From IMG/VR virus record IMGVR_UViG_3300042878_000198, positions 952 through 64,951 of that record: a stretch of 64,000 nt of DNA. One strand, given 5' to 3'. The number at the start of each line of letters is the position of its first letter. Within the stretch, counting starts at the first letter, position 1. Below, one piece after another: positions 10,586 to 21,010 of the stretch. The notes under the pieces were generated by a model. That model saw only the letters and a program-made list of their open reading frames with translations. It did not search any database and had not been told where the DNA came from. A program made the translations under genes and the position numbers. This DNA comes from a virus (taxonomy: Duplodnaviria > Caudoviricetes).

Positions 10586-11359
10586 TTAACCAAAATTGCC
10601 TCTTACCTTTTTTAATGTTGCTGCAGGAACGCCTAACATAAACTCTTTAAAAGCCTCTGGAGTTAATGTACCAACTTTACTAAAATCAAAACCATCAACC
10701 ACACCTTGTGTAGCTAATTTTTGTTGTATACCAGCTTGGTCTAACCCAAAGCCCTTGCCAGACAAAGTATTTGATATTTGTTGAGTTTGTTTAGCTGAAG
10801 CAGTCTTCTCAAATAATGGGGCCTGCTCAGCCAGCTGACTAGCCATACTAGTGACTCCTTGAAATCCTTGTTGAGTGGCTTGTGCCCCTAGCTCTTGTGC
10901 GTTAGCAGCTGCAAGCTGAGCTCCAGCTACTTCTTCAAGGTCTATTTGAATTCCAATGTCACGACTCCTTGCGTCCTCCTGTGCACTAATCATATTAAGC
11001 TGCTGAAGGTCTTGGTTCACTGCAGATGTAATTCCCTCTTGAGCTTTGTTTGAGGCCAATAAAACTTTACCTGCAGTAGCAGTAGCACCCCTTACGCTCT
11101 CAACACCAGCTTGAATAGCTTCAGATGCCGCAGCAGAGAAAGCCTCTCTCTGGTCTCTATATATGTCTTTGTTAATCCCTAACTTATCATATACGTTAAC
11201 GTCAAGCTCTTTACGGGCCAATTGCATAGCTTCGTCCGCTTTTTTATTGGCATCGTTCATATCGTTTCGCATTTTTGCTGCCTTACCAAAAGACATTGCG
11301 GTCGTGCCTGCGGTTACAGCTAATCCAATTCCTGCCGCTACTGTTGTAAATGCTGCCAT
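10586..11359 (-). CDS. Putative DNA pilot/internal virion protein (257 aa)
   Basis: Ala/Gly-rich hydrophobic N-terminus followed by an Ala/Gln-rich coiled coil; position after the tail genes. Confidence 0.6.
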   Translation of the reverse strand: MAAFTTVAAGIGLAVTAGTTAMSFGKAAKMRNDMNDANKKADEAMQLARKELDVNVYDKLGINKDIYRDQREAFSAAASEAIQAGVESVRGATATAGKVLLASNKAQEGITSAVNQDLQQLNMISAQEDARSRDIGIQIDLEEVAGAQLAAANAQELGAQATQQGFQGVTSMASQLAEQAPLFEKTASAKQTQQISNTLSGKGFGLDQAGIQQKLATQGVVDGFDFSKVGTLTPEAFKEFMLGVPAATLKKVRGNFG

Positions 11360-11360
11360 A

Positions 11361-11771
11361 TTATAAGACTTTTATCATTTCACTTGTGTATGAGTCTCCT
11401 TTGATATAGCCAAGACCCGCATAAGTATTTATTAAACTTTGATTTTTGATTAGTGCATAGATGTACTTACACCCAGCTAATCCACAGATTTCAGTCAATT
11501 TAAACACCAATAATTCAATGGCGTCTTTCCTTAGTTCCTTGTTGGTATAATACCTATTAGATATTATCCAGTCTACCCATCCAACCTTAGAGTTAGTAAG
11601 GTACATAAATCCTGCACAAACAGGAACATCACCGTCATAAACTATGATGCCACCTTTACCATTGTCAGGAAGGAAGTCCCTTTGAGGAGGAATCCATTTC
11701 CAGTCCTTCCACCACCCTACAAGAATGTCTTCGTAATCTGCTTCGCTTAACTCTCGTATTGTTAGTGCCAT
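11361..11771 (-). CDS. GNAT-fold acetyltransferase-like virion assembly protein
   Basis: LTIRELSEADY...PVCAGFMY...YAGLGY GNAT-like pattern; same position as T7 gp13-like genes. Confidence 0.6.
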   Translation of the reverse strand: MALTIRELSEADYEDILVGWWKDWKWIPPQRDFLPDNGKGGIIVYDGDVPVCAGFMYLTNSKVGWVDWIISNRYYTNKELRKDAIELLVFKLTEICGLAGCKYIYALIKNQSLINTYAGLGYIKGDSYTSEMIKVL

Positions 11772-11792
11772 GCTATAACAAAGATATTAATT

Positions 11793-12569
11793 TTAAGGGA
11801 AACTTTTCATTACGTCAGACTCGACAGTAAATAGCTCAATCTTTTCTGTGTCAGTATTCTCTAAGTTAAATACGCAGTAATGTCCTAGCACACCATGAGA
11901 CTCAGCAATTGAGTTTTTAATGTAAAGAAAATACGCATCCTGCACAGCAATAGGAGTGGTCCCAGATATCGTTGTATTGATAGTTATTTGGTTCACCCCA
12001 TTTGGTAGGTCAACTGTAATTGCCGTCACCTGTCCCCCAAGTAATGGGTCTCCTGTAAAGTTAGGGGCCAGTAGGAAATAAAATAAGTCTCCAATACTTA
12101 TGATGCTACCAATAGAAATGGTTAATGGAAACTTGATAACATTACCACCGACAACTTGTGAGCTTCTTCCTATACCATTTACACTTCTTAGATTTAGCTG
12201 ACCAACGGTATCGTTTCTAACAAAAGCAAAGAAAGTCCCCTCCTTTTTCTCAAAAAAATTGGCGCTAATAAATCCTGATACTTGTATGTCAGTTTGTAAA
12301 GTTACTGCCCAAGGAGAGTCTCCCTTTAGTGCTATGGTTTTAAATAGCTTGTTCTCCAATGGTGATACATTGAATACGCTTTGCAATGTAGATGTGGACT
12401 GAGTACCATAGAAGTTGTTTCTGGTCTCATTCACATTGTGACGAAACAAGTTGCCTCCACTGAAAGTGTAGAAATAGTTATTCATTCCTATCATCCAATC
12501 AGGATAGTAAGAATAGAAGGACACCCATCCGGGTGCCGCTTCGCTGTATGTTAGTGTATAATTTGCCAT
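11793..12569 (-). CDS. Tail/structural protein (258 aa)
   Basis: GWVSFYSY.PD.M and FEKKEG motifs resemble the C-terminal part of podovirus stabilisation proteins; lies in the tail operon. Confidence 0.6.
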   Translation of the reverse strand: MANYTLTYSEAAPGWVSFYSYYPDWMIGMNNYFYTFSGGNLFRHNVNETRNNFYGTQSTSTLQSVFNVSPLENKLFKTIALKGDSPWAVTLQTDIQVSGFISANFFEKKEGTFFAFVRNDTVGQLNLRSVNGIGRSSQVVGGNVIKFPLTISIGSIISIGDLFYFLLAPNFTGDPLLGGQVTAITVDLPNGVNQITINTTISGTTPIAVQDAYFLYIKNSIAESHGVLGHYCVFNLENTDTEKIELFTVESDVMKSFP

Positions 12570-12572
12570 AGT

Positions 12573-13781
12573 TTAACAAGGTCCCCCATAAGTTGATATA
12601 AATCCTAATGCGTCTACTTGAAAAGAATCTCCACTAGCAGGAGCTGACACAGTCTTATAGTGTGTATTGTTACCATTCAATGGTGTAGTAAGTCCCACGT
12701 TTGTGTATAACACCTTGCCTGCAAGAAAAACAGCATATAATGATGCTTCTGTTCCTACAATGTATACGGTCAAAGGAGTTCCTGTTCCTGCACAAGCAGC
12801 TACAGAACTTCCCCATCCGTAAGTATTAGGAGTTGTAGTCACATCAAAATATACTATGAATTGACTATACAAGCAATCACCAAAAGCAATGATAACCCCG
12901 TTGGCATCTACTTGAAACCACTCATTGGTACCTGCATCATTAGTCTGATAGTAGCCTACACCAAGTTTAAACTGCCCATTAACATCACTAAAAACCAAGT
13001 CATACAAACCTAAAGTACCGCCTGCTCCATTAACGTGAGCCACGTAGTACGTTTGGTTTATAGTAGCTGAACAAGCCGTTGAGCTATCAACATTAACTGT
13101 GCTTGATGAGAATGATGTAAGTGCAGCAGGGCATAATACAGACACATTAAATACCGTGCCTGAGCATGGACCTATAAAAGTAAGATTTAGAATAGATGGA
13201 GATGCCGATATCTTAGGTATAACCATTACACAATTCCCCGGTGCTGAGGCAGTAAGCTGCATTTGACCTGCAGCTACAGATACGCTCTCTGTAGTCCCTA
13301 ATGAAGCAAATATTGTCCCATTATACTGAAACTCATTAAGGGTATAAGGAGACCCTGCTACTATACCGCAATCAAAAGTTGTGTCACCAACGTAAGTAGG
13401 CAATCCCGCAGTCCCTTGTCTCCAGCCAAATGAAGGTGAAGAAAGACCGTTATAGATGACACTATTAAATAAAGCACTAATCCCATCAGGTACTGACAGT
13501 GGTTCAAACTCAACAATTACAGCTCCTGTGGGAGCACCAAGGTTTACGTTTAAATAGTATACACCTTGGTTCCCACTAGCACTTATACTTCCTCCACAAA
13601 CAATTGAACAAGAAGGACAGGTCTGCTGGGGAACAAGTACACATGACACTTGTTCTCTGACTATTACACCGTCCGAGTAGAAACCATTGGCGGCACATAC
13701 CGTTAAAGCTGCGTCTGTAAACACAGCCGTAGCGGAGCCTAGTGATGGGCCATTTAAATAATACATTGAACTTGTAGCCAT
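12573..13781 (-). CDS. Cys-containing beta-rich structural protein (402 aa)
   Basis: Repeated G.Y...FQVDA.G motifs; tail operon. Confidence 0.55.
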   Translation of the reverse strand: MATSSMYYLNGPSLGSATAVFTDAALTVCAANGFYSDGVIVREQVSCVLVPQQTCPSCSIVCGGSISASGNQGVYYLNVNLGAPTGAVIVEFEPLSVPDGISALFNSVIYNGLSSPSFGWRQGTAGLPTYVGDTTFDCGIVAGSPYTLNEFQYNGTIFASLGTTESVSVAAGQMQLTASAPGNCVMVIPKISASPSILNLTFIGPCSGTVFNVSVLCPAALTSFSSSTVNVDSSTACSATINQTYYVAHVNGAGGTLGLYDLVFSDVNGQFKLGVGYYQTNDAGTNEWFQVDANGVIIAFGDCLYSQFIVYFDVTTTPNTYGWGSSVAACAGTGTPLTVYIVGTEASLYAVFLAGKVLYTNVGLTTPLNGNNTHYKTVSAPASGDSFQVDALGFISTYGGPC

Positions 13782-13799
13782 TATATTTTATTTTTTATT

Positions 13800-16700
13800 T
13801 TAAACTACTGGACATCCACAGCAAGCATCTAGTGTAGTTGTACTAGAATAACACAATGTCAAAGGCACAGAATCTCTAAAATCCCAAATAAGATATAGGT
13901 AATCATCTAAAGCAGGGACAGTAAAATTCGCAAAGTTATTAATTCCACCTCCTTGATTTGGTGTCGCTATAGTAGACAGTCCTAGCAAAGTAGATATGTT
14001 TGCAGATGTGTTGGTGTACAATGTATTTGACATTAAATATCTAAACTTGTCTGTAGCAGGATTAAATACAAATGTGTCTGTAGATAACTTGTTAGCAATG
14101 ATACTCAATGTGCTTCCTGCAGGAGGAAATGCTCCGGGACCCACAGCTCCTGTCAAAGAGCTATATCTTGATACCAATGGATTATCGTTAGAAGATAAGA
14201 ACGTAGTGCCAACAGACTGCAATGGAGAAGTATAAGTTCCATTAACATATCTGTACTGCGTCTGAATAGTCTCTCCTGATTGGAAGTCATTTGTCACAAC
14301 CACTTGGACAATTGTCAAGTTAGTAGTAATTGTACATTCAGCCAGTACTGAAAGAACTATATCTCCAGTATAATCTATTGTTATTGTAGCTGTTTCAACA
14401 GAAATATTATCTTTAGTAAATGTCAGCGTTCCACTAGTGGTCTCAACTCCGGTGGCATAAGTGGTTCCATCGTAGACCACAGTAATTTCAAATGATGAAC
14501 CAGCACTAATTGTTTCAACTGTGTAATTAATATCAGAGGTTCCAATAACAGCACCTAAGTCTACGCAGTATTCAAAGCTATTTGATACAGATGGTAATGT
14601 GCTAAGAGTAAAAGTTTGTGATACCCCACAAGCCAAGCACTGAGGATTTGATGGAAGGTCTATATCGTTTGTAGATAACACGTACTCGTTCATGTATGGG
14701 TCAAACCCACCTAGCTTCTGAGTAGCGTATGACCTATTGAACTCGTCTCTAAACCATGTTCTCATTCCTAGTTCAGAAATAACTGCAAGCTGGTCATTAC
14801 TAGATGAGTCTCCTACAAGTTGAATAACAACTCCTCTCTTTATGTCAGTAAAGAATCTATTGAATCCCCACTGCACATAGCTCTCAGGATTAAAGCTAAT
14901 TCCATATCTTTCAGTTCTTGCAATCTGAGTTCCTAATATTTCAGGTACAGAAGATATTACACCACCACCTGTAGAGTCTGAAATCAAGTTCTTACTTGCA
15001 AGGACGTATGAAATCTTATCTTCTTGAAGCACTAACACATCAGTATTCCTACCATCCATTACGTAGATGTCTCCGAATGATGGCTCCAATACTTTATAGT
15101 TAAGCAAGCCAAGGTTAAACTCATTGAGCTTGTTTACGTTTGACTCTGCGCTATAGACACCACTATAGGTAATATCTGCAAATCTATCTGCGGCTTTGTA
15201 GTCCTGAGCAGAAACACTAGTCACTCTGTTGCCAAAGTTAAAGAAGTTGCCAACCAATGAGTCTCTAATCTTATAACTCTCAGCACCGTTTCCAAATGCA
15301 AAGCAGTTAAAGAACTTAGTGTCAACTATTGCAGGAGTACCCGTAGCAATGTTTTGGTTCTGAATATTTCCTTGATGGTTTCCATTCACAATAGCGAATG
15401 ACATCTCGTTCTCAAAGAATACATCAGGCAAAGACTCAGATGGTTCGGTCTCAAAGATTATAACTTTATCAGAACGGAACACAGTAATGTTTACCGATAC
15501 GTTTGAATCTCTTGCTCTTGGTTTAAATCCTGCCCCTGTACAAGCCTCAGTTCCTGTCACCATTAACTGAAGCTCATTAGTCACAGGGTCTCTATAGAAC
15601 TGATAGTAGTTTGTGCAAACAGCTGAAACAATAGCTGGAGTAATAGCTGGTGTAGCTGAAATTGCTGAATAAAATACATTTTGAATAGGACAACCGTTAC
15701 CACCAACAATCTTTATACCATCGTTTAAATACTGCTGAATATTTTCACCTACAAACCAATCATACATATTGTTGTATACGTTTGGAGATATAAAAGTTTG
15801 TTCAAAAGTATTTCTTCTTTCTTCACATCGACTACCCTCTCCTCCTCTGAATTGCTTTATTGACATTACAATTCTACTTCCCGCAGGAACATTGTAGTCT
15901 ACAAAATCCCAAGTAGGATTTGATGGGTCGGTTCCAGCTATATTCATAGGGTAGAATAGAATAGGATAATCTCCGCCTTGCTTCTCCTTTATCGTTATAG
16001 TTCCCGGAGCAATAATTGCATTTTCATCTTGAATAACATTAAAGCTATTTGGATTAATCTTAGCATATACTCCAGCAGGAACAGATATAAAAATCGTAGA
16101 GTCATTTTCACTCGGTATCTCAAGAAAACCTTCGGCCTGAGAAGACTTCTCAAGAACAGTGGCATAAACACAACTAGTAGTTGGTCCTTCTGAGTCTGCC
16201 TTCACGATAAATCTATCTCCAACCTCTACCTTTCTAGAGTTCTCTCCTTCCAATAAGAAGTAAGCATTATTACTATTTGGGTCTTCAAAAAATATGTTGC
16301 AATAAATCACCTCATAGTTCTCTTGGTCAGGCTTGATGACAAACTTGTATCTAGTAGCCCAAGCAGGAGGAGCCTGCTCAAAAGGTATTGTAACCTGAAT
16401 AGAGTTCTTGAAAGAAGACAATCCACAAGCCACGTGCTCAGTATTGTTTGGACTAACTAAAGCTGTTGAGGCCCTGTTAAAATCATCCATATAGACAATA
16501 CCAATCTCGTAGTCTCTATTACTATGAAGGCTTTGAGTATTTGCTATTTCTTGGAAAGATGCGTTAGCAAATGTGATGCTATAGTATTCGTATACTGTCT
16601 GAGTTGGAGTTGCAATATTGTTAACATATTTCATTGCCGGAATCTGAAGGCCAATCTCACTGCTAGCAGGAGATGTTAATATCCCAATAGCTTGACCAGC

Positions 16701-18242
16701 CGCACTAATTCCACTAGCTGTTTTAAACAACCCACTCAAAGTGTTTGGTAAATCACAGTTGAATTGGTCTGTAAGTGTAACTCCATCGCAAAAGGTTGCA
16801 AGAGGCTGAATATTCCCATCGGTCCCTATGGCCTCCTGAAACTCTGCACTAGACCCCAAATCATAGACCGAAGTAAAATCTCTAGGTAAAAAGAAAACAA
16901 AATTTAATCTTATGTTTTCTGTAGTTTCAGTTGGAAATGGAGAGTCTCCAGTGAATTGGGCGTGGTCTATAGTCAAATCCAAACTTATTGCTGAACCTGC
17001 AATCAATACCTTATCCACTAAATCAATATTGACTATTGAGTCAGGAATATTTTCAGCTCCATCAATAGAGTAATTCCCTGCCTCAACGCTAGTGTCTGTA
17101 TCTGTTAAGCCAATATCCTCAGATACTAATGACGTAAAGTACTCAAACATTATTGGCACACCGTTTTGGTCTACTAAGTCATATCCCTCCACGTAGTTGC
17201 CATACATCAATCTGTTGCCCATAATAGTCTGAGCCTTTGCAAATCGAGGCACATTATCGTACAGCCTTAATAGCTCTGACTCAGAAAGAATGGTAAAGAT
17301 TTTACTGTTTGTAAATGTGTATGGTTGTAGGACATTGTCAACCAATCCTAAGTTTTGCTTATCAAGCTTCTCAATTACTTTAATAATATTCCCATCAGAC
17401 CTCTTAAACAATAAGTCAATTCCAGTAACTAAAGAGCTTCCTGTATTATAAGTGATGACTGCTGAATTGCATAGATTAGTCATGCCCTCATTTAGATAGC
17501 TGTCAACACTAAAGCTAAAATTCTTAGGTATGAATGCAGGCTGAGACCATTGAGAAGTAGCACTATACTCTCCATCAATGTATCTGTATCTATAAGCGAA
17601 GCAAATGAATCGTGTCTCTAAGAAATTCTCTTGACCATTATTTACTATAGGCTGAACTGCAGGGGCCTCTAAAGGTGGCTTCTTTATTACCAGCAAAGAC
17701 TCAGCACTAACTTGGTCTATGTTAGCAACTGGATTAGGATAGTTTCTTTGAACATTTATTGTCCTTGGAGCATTGTAGTCGTCCGTAAAGAACAGCAGTT
17801 TATTATCCAAAATATCTACCCCTGTAATAAGGTAGCTTGGATTAAAATTCAAAATGGTATTGACACCACCCCCATCATTAATAGAGATGACATGGTAGGT
17901 CAAAATATTTGTGCTGACATTAAAAGAAACAATTAGGTCTAACTTACCTGTAGCTCCAACTGGAAAGTCAGGGTCATGTACAAACCAATAAAGTGTTTCA
18001 GTAACACTATTTTCAATAGCCCCTATACATCTTGCAAAAGCACTAAGAGGAGTCCCATCAAGATAAGACAGAGAAGTCAATGGTAGATTTCCCTTTGTAT
18101 TTTCAATAACACCAATTTCAGATTCTTCTGTAGAACCCATTCTGATGTTCATAGCATCAATGTATTCTCCGTCAGGAATGACTCTTTCGTCATAGACTTT
18201 ATTCATCCTTCCTTTTACGAAGTTTCTGCTAATCTTTGCCAT
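13800..18242 (-). CDS. Tail stabilisation/muzzle (tail tubular B-like) protein (1480 aa)
   Basis: N-terminal NFVKGRMNK...GEYIDAMNIR, FAYRYRYIDGEYSA and LMYGNYVEGY motifs typical of crAss-like/Bacteroidota podovirus stabilisation proteins. Confidence 0.75.
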   Translation of the reverse strand: MAKISRNFVKGRMNKVYDERVIPDGEYIDAMNIRMGSTEESEIGVIENTKGNLPLTSLSYLDGTPLSAFARCIGAIENSVTETLYWFVHDPDFPVGATGKLDLIVSFNVSTNILTYHVISINDGGGVNTILNFNPSYLITGVDILDNKLLFFTDDYNAPRTINVQRNYPNPVANIDQVSAESLLVIKKPPLEAPAVQPIVNNGQENFLETRFICFAYRYRYIDGEYSATSQWSQPAFIPKNFSFSVDSYLNEGMTNLCNSAVITYNTGSSLVTGIDLLFKRSDGNIIKVIEKLDKQNLGLVDNVLQPYTFTNSKIFTILSESELLRLYDNVPRFAKAQTIMGNRLMYGNYVEGYDLVDQNGVPIMFEYFTSLVSEDIGLTDTDTSVEAGNYSIDGAENIPDSIVNIDLVDKVLIAGSAISLDLTIDHAQFTGDSPFPTETTENIRLNFVFFLPRDFTSVYDLGSSAEFQEAIGTDGNIQPLATFCDGVTLTDQFNCDLPNTLSGLFKTASGISAAGQAIGILTSPASSEIGLQIPAMKYVNNIATPTQTVYEYYSITFANASFQEIANTQSLHSNRDYEIGIVYMDDFNRASTALVSPNNTEHVACGLSSFKNSIQVTIPFEQAPPAWATRYKFVIKPDQENYEVIYCNIFFEDPNSNNAYFLLEGENSRKVEVGDRFIVKADSEGPTTSCVYATVLEKSSQAEGFLEIPSENDSTIFISVPAGVYAKINPNSFNVIQDENAIIAPGTITIKEKQGGDYPILFYPMNIAGTDPSNPTWDFVDYNVPAGSRIVMSIKQFRGGEGSRCEERRNTFEQTFISPNVYNNMYDWFVGENIQQYLNDGIKIVGGNGCPIQNVFYSAISATPAITPAIVSAVCTNYYQFYRDPVTNELQLMVTGTEACTGAGFKPRARDSNVSVNITVFRSDKVIIFETEPSESLPDVFFENEMSFAIVNGNHQGNIQNQNIATGTPAIVDTKFFNCFAFGNGAESYKIRDSLVGNFFNFGNRVTSVSAQDYKAADRFADITYSGVYSAESNVNKLNEFNLGLLNYKVLEPSFGDIYVMDGRNTDVLVLQEDKISYVLASKNLISDSTGGGVISSVPEILGTQIARTERYGISFNPESYVQWGFNRFFTDIKRGVVIQLVGDSSSNDQLAVISELGMRTWFRDEFNRSYATQKLGGFDPYMNEYVLSTNDIDLPSNPQCLACGVSQTFTLSTLPSVSNSFEYCVDLGAVIGTSDINYTVETISAGSSFEITVVYDGTTYATGVETTSGTLTFTKDNISVETATITIDYTGDIVLSVLAECTITTNLTIVQVVVTNDFQSGETIQTQYRYVNGTYTSPLQSVGTTFLSSNDNPLVSRYSSLTGAVGPGAFPPAGSTLSIIANKLSTDTFVFNPATDKFRYLMSNTLYTNTSANISTLLGLSTIATPNQGGGINNFANFTVPALDDYLYLIWDFRDSVPLTLCYSSTTTLDACCGCPVV

Positions 18243-18243
18243 A

Positions 18244-19167
18244 TTATTTAATCATCTTGTCTAGACCTCTCATGTTCATCAATAGTCTTCCGGGATGGAT
18301 ATTGCTAATTCTTATTTTAGCATTCCTCAATAAGGCAGACCTTTCTTTACGAGCACGGGTAACAATATATTCCTGAACCCCCAACTTGCTACTTAAAATC
18401 TCACACTGAATGTAAGCATAAATGTACTTTTCAAATAACTTATTAACGGTAATCTTAGAATTATCTCCTTGCTCCATGCCGTCTGACACATACTCAACAA
18501 CACAAGACTCTCCTGCCATTGGTGAATCAAAATTAATTACTCCTGCTTTCCTGTCAATATTAAAGGTAGGATTAAAGTTTGCCGTCTCCGTGTTAAGACC
18601 ATAAGCCGCACCGATGTTGCCCTCAAAATACCACATTCCATCGTAGTTAAAGCCTTCGTTGCCATCAAACTGATTTGCTTGGTTCAAATAAATGCTCTTC
18701 TTAATTTTGCTTAATCTATCAAAATCAATATTAGAGTACTGAGGACTCAATGCATTTCCATCCTCGTCAAATAAAATGCGACCTGTATTGTCTTGAAGAT
18801 ATGCTCTAGATGATAACGTCTGAATATTCTCAGTCAATGGCCTTAACCATCCATCCTTATACATAGAAACTCTAACCCAGTTGACATAGTCAGATGGTAA
18901 TATAAATATCAAGTTGTCTGGAACGGTAAGCTGAAGAACTTTTATTTCTTTGAACGCATCGTAGTTAAGCTCTTGAACCGCTCTCTTTGCATGAAACAAT
19001 ATCTTATACCGCTCCTCATTGTTTACCAATGAGTGATTGCCTGAGTACATCAACAAGAAGTTGTTGACAACGTCCTGAAGACTGATATATTGATACGAGC
19101 CCCAATTGGCATCCTCAGGTGCCGCTCCTTCGTTCTCGTAGTATTGGTATTGTGATAAGTATGCCAT
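18244..19167 (-). CDS. Tail ring/head-tail connector protein (307 aa)
   Basis: AKRAVQELNYD, LPSDYVNWVRVS and LRNAKIRIS motifs; position. Confidence 0.65.
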   Translation of the reverse strand: MAYLSQYQYYENEGAAPEDANWGSYQYISLQDVVNNFLLMYSGNHSLVNNEERYKILFHAKRAVQELNYDAFKEIKVLQLTVPDNLIFILPSDYVNWVRVSMYKDGWLRPLTENIQTLSSRAYLQDNTGRILFDEDGNALSPQYSNIDFDRLSKIKKSIYLNQANQFDGNEGFNYDGMWYFEGNIGAAYGLNTETANFNPTFNIDRKAGVINFDSPMAGESCVVEYVSDGMEQGDNSKITVNKLFEKYIYAYIQCEILSSKLGVQEYIVTRARKERSALLRNAKIRISNIHPGRLLMNMRGLDKMIK

Positions 19168-19177
19168 GTGTTATTTT

Positions 19178-20116
19178 TTATGGATTCTGCTCCTGTTGTT
19201 CTTTAGCCATACTGAATTGAGTAACCTCTGACTCTCTAATTGAAACTCCACAGTATTGAAGTATTCTTGAAATCAACTTATACTCATCCTCAAGTGGCAA
19301 CTCAAAGTCCTGATAGTCACCTTGTGATTGGTCAAATACAGGCTCTCCATTTGTCAAAGTAATATATGTCCATTTTGGTGGCTCAGGGAATCTGAAATAA
19401 GTACACTCAACTTGTCCTTTGTTTTGAATAGAAGAAGGATACAATGTAATTACTTCTCCTTGCAACGTATAAGCAGGAAATTGAATTGTTGGGGCTGTAA
19501 GATTAGAATTATTTAAAAGTGCAATCTTTCCAACATTAACTTTTTCAGCTTGAACAATTGTAGCTGAAGAAATTATAGTGTATGAATTAGCAGACGCCAA
19601 GAATATGTTCGATTCTAATTGTATGGTGGTATTGCTGGATACTAAAACTACAGTGCTAACCAATCCTGTCGTAAGGTTGGTGACAACATCTCCCGGTACT
19701 ATACCCTTTGATAAGAATGCTCCTGCACTGTTGACTAAGTTACCTGCAGACACAGACGTGTTAGTTCCTGTCGCAAGAATAACTGGCTTACACTGTACGT
19801 CTAATATGTAGTAAGGGTAATATCCTGTAGTAGTAGGAGTTGGTGATGAGAACTTGTTGGCTGTAATCTTAGTAAGATAATCTGTTCTTAGAAAACCCTC
19901 CATTGTTTCTGACATAGGTTGCTCCAAATCAGCGTAGTCGGTGCCTGCCGTTCGAGTGTTCTCAGCATTTATTATTTTATTGTAGGCATCAAAATACTCT
20001 TCAAAGATTTGCATTTGCGCATTTAGAGCAAACAAATTAAAATCTGAAGGGGAGATGTAGCCGTAGTTGTTCTTGTTCAAAACGGATAGTACCGTGTTTC
20101 TAACAGAGTTTATCAT
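19178..20116 (-). CDS. Tail ring/adaptor protein (312 aa)
   Basis: LNKNNYGYISPSDFN and PKWTY...QDFELP motifs typical of ring proteins. Confidence 0.65.
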   Translation of the reverse strand: MINSVRNTVLSVLNKNNYGYISPSDFNLFALNAQMQIFEEYFDAYNKIINAENTRTAGTDYADLEQPMSETMEGFLRTDYLTKITANKFSSPTPTTTGYYPYYILDVQCKPVILATGTNTSVSAGNLVNSAGAFLSKGIVPGDVVTNLTTGLVSTVVLVSSNTTIQLESNIFLASANSYTIISSATIVQAEKVNVGKIALLNNSNLTAPTIQFPAYTLQGEVITLYPSSIQNKGQVECTYFRFPEPPKWTYITLTNGEPVFDQSQGDYQDFELPLEDEYKLISRILQYCGVSIRESEVTQFSMAKEQQEQNP

Positions 20117-20142
20117 TTTTTCGCCTTTTCACAAATATAAAC

Positions 20143-20171
20143 AAAAAAAAGGAGGCATTACAACGCCCCCT
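20143..20171 (-). terminator. Rho-independent terminator
   Basis: Minus strand GGGGGCGTT-GT-AATGCCTCC followed by T8. Confidence 0.7.
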
Positions 20172-20194
20172 TCTCCTCCAATCAATCAATCATT

Positions 20195-20935
20195 TTAAGC
20201 TAAAATTGCTTCTAACATTTTCAATGAATCAATCCCTTCATCGCTTTGCAAGAATCCTCCTGCTATTTCGTAAGGGTCTTCCCCGTAAGGAATAGACATC
20301 ATCTTCTTTTTGTTAGTCGAGGTGTTAAACCAAATCTCTTTGTCTCCGTTTCTCAAAACCAATAGTTTGTTTTCAAAAAACATTCTAATCTTTGCCTGAT
20401 ACTTTAGTTCAGGGTCATTTAATATATTTAGGAACTCTCTAGGGTCAGTCTTAGCAAACACTAAGATATCACGTCTCAATTCAGCAGTAGACACCATTGA
20501 TGGGTCCTTACCAAACATTACTCTAGTTAGAGTTTCAATCTGGTCAATAGTTAATTGACGAGCTTCTATTAACGCTTCTACTTCTAGGTTCAAATCCTCA
20601 ACCTCTTCAGCTGCTTCCTTTTCCTTATCTACTTCATTAAATATAATACCACTCAATGGGTGATAATGAAGGAATTGTTGCAGTACAGGGTTTTGTTTTG
20701 GAACCCTTAAAAACCCATCTTCAAAAATGATAGGTTCAATAATTGCATTCCCATCTTGCTCATCTTCAAAAGGAGACTTTTGATTAATGGAATATCTGAG
20801 AGCACGATTAACATTGTTCTTCTCATCAAACCACATTAGAGGAAATCTAGGGTGATTTCTTGAAGCCAATGTATAAGACAGTGGGCTTCCTATTTTTAGT
20901 TTGTAGACTTTGTCTACAGGGATATTCTTTGCCAT
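20195..20935 (-). CDS. Conserved protein downstream of the major capsid gene (246 aa)
   Basis: Long ORF in the head module (RALRYSINQKSPFEDEQ). Confidence 0.7.
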   Translation of the reverse strand: MAKNIPVDKVYKLKIGSPLSYTLASRNHPRFPLMWFDEKNNVNRALRYSINQKSPFEDEQDGNAIIEPIIFEDGFLRVPKQNPVLQQFLHYHPLSGIIFNEVDKEKEAAEEVEDLNLEVEALIEARQLTIDQIETLTRVMFGKDPSMVSTAELRRDILVFAKTDPREFLNILNDPELKYQAKIRMFFENKLLVLRNGDKEIWFNTSTNKKKMMSIPYGEDPYEIAGGFLQSDEGIDSLKMLEAILA

Positions 20936-20965
20936 TTTTTAATTAATTTAATTTGATTTAAAATT

Positions 20966-21003
20966 TAAAAAAAGAGAGTGTCCCTAAAGACACCCTCCCT
21001 TTA
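20966..21003 (-). terminator. Rho-independent terminator after the major capsid gene
   Basis: Minus strand GGGAGGGTGTC-loop-GACACTCTC followed by T7. Confidence 0.75.
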
Positions 21004-21010
21004 TTTATTA

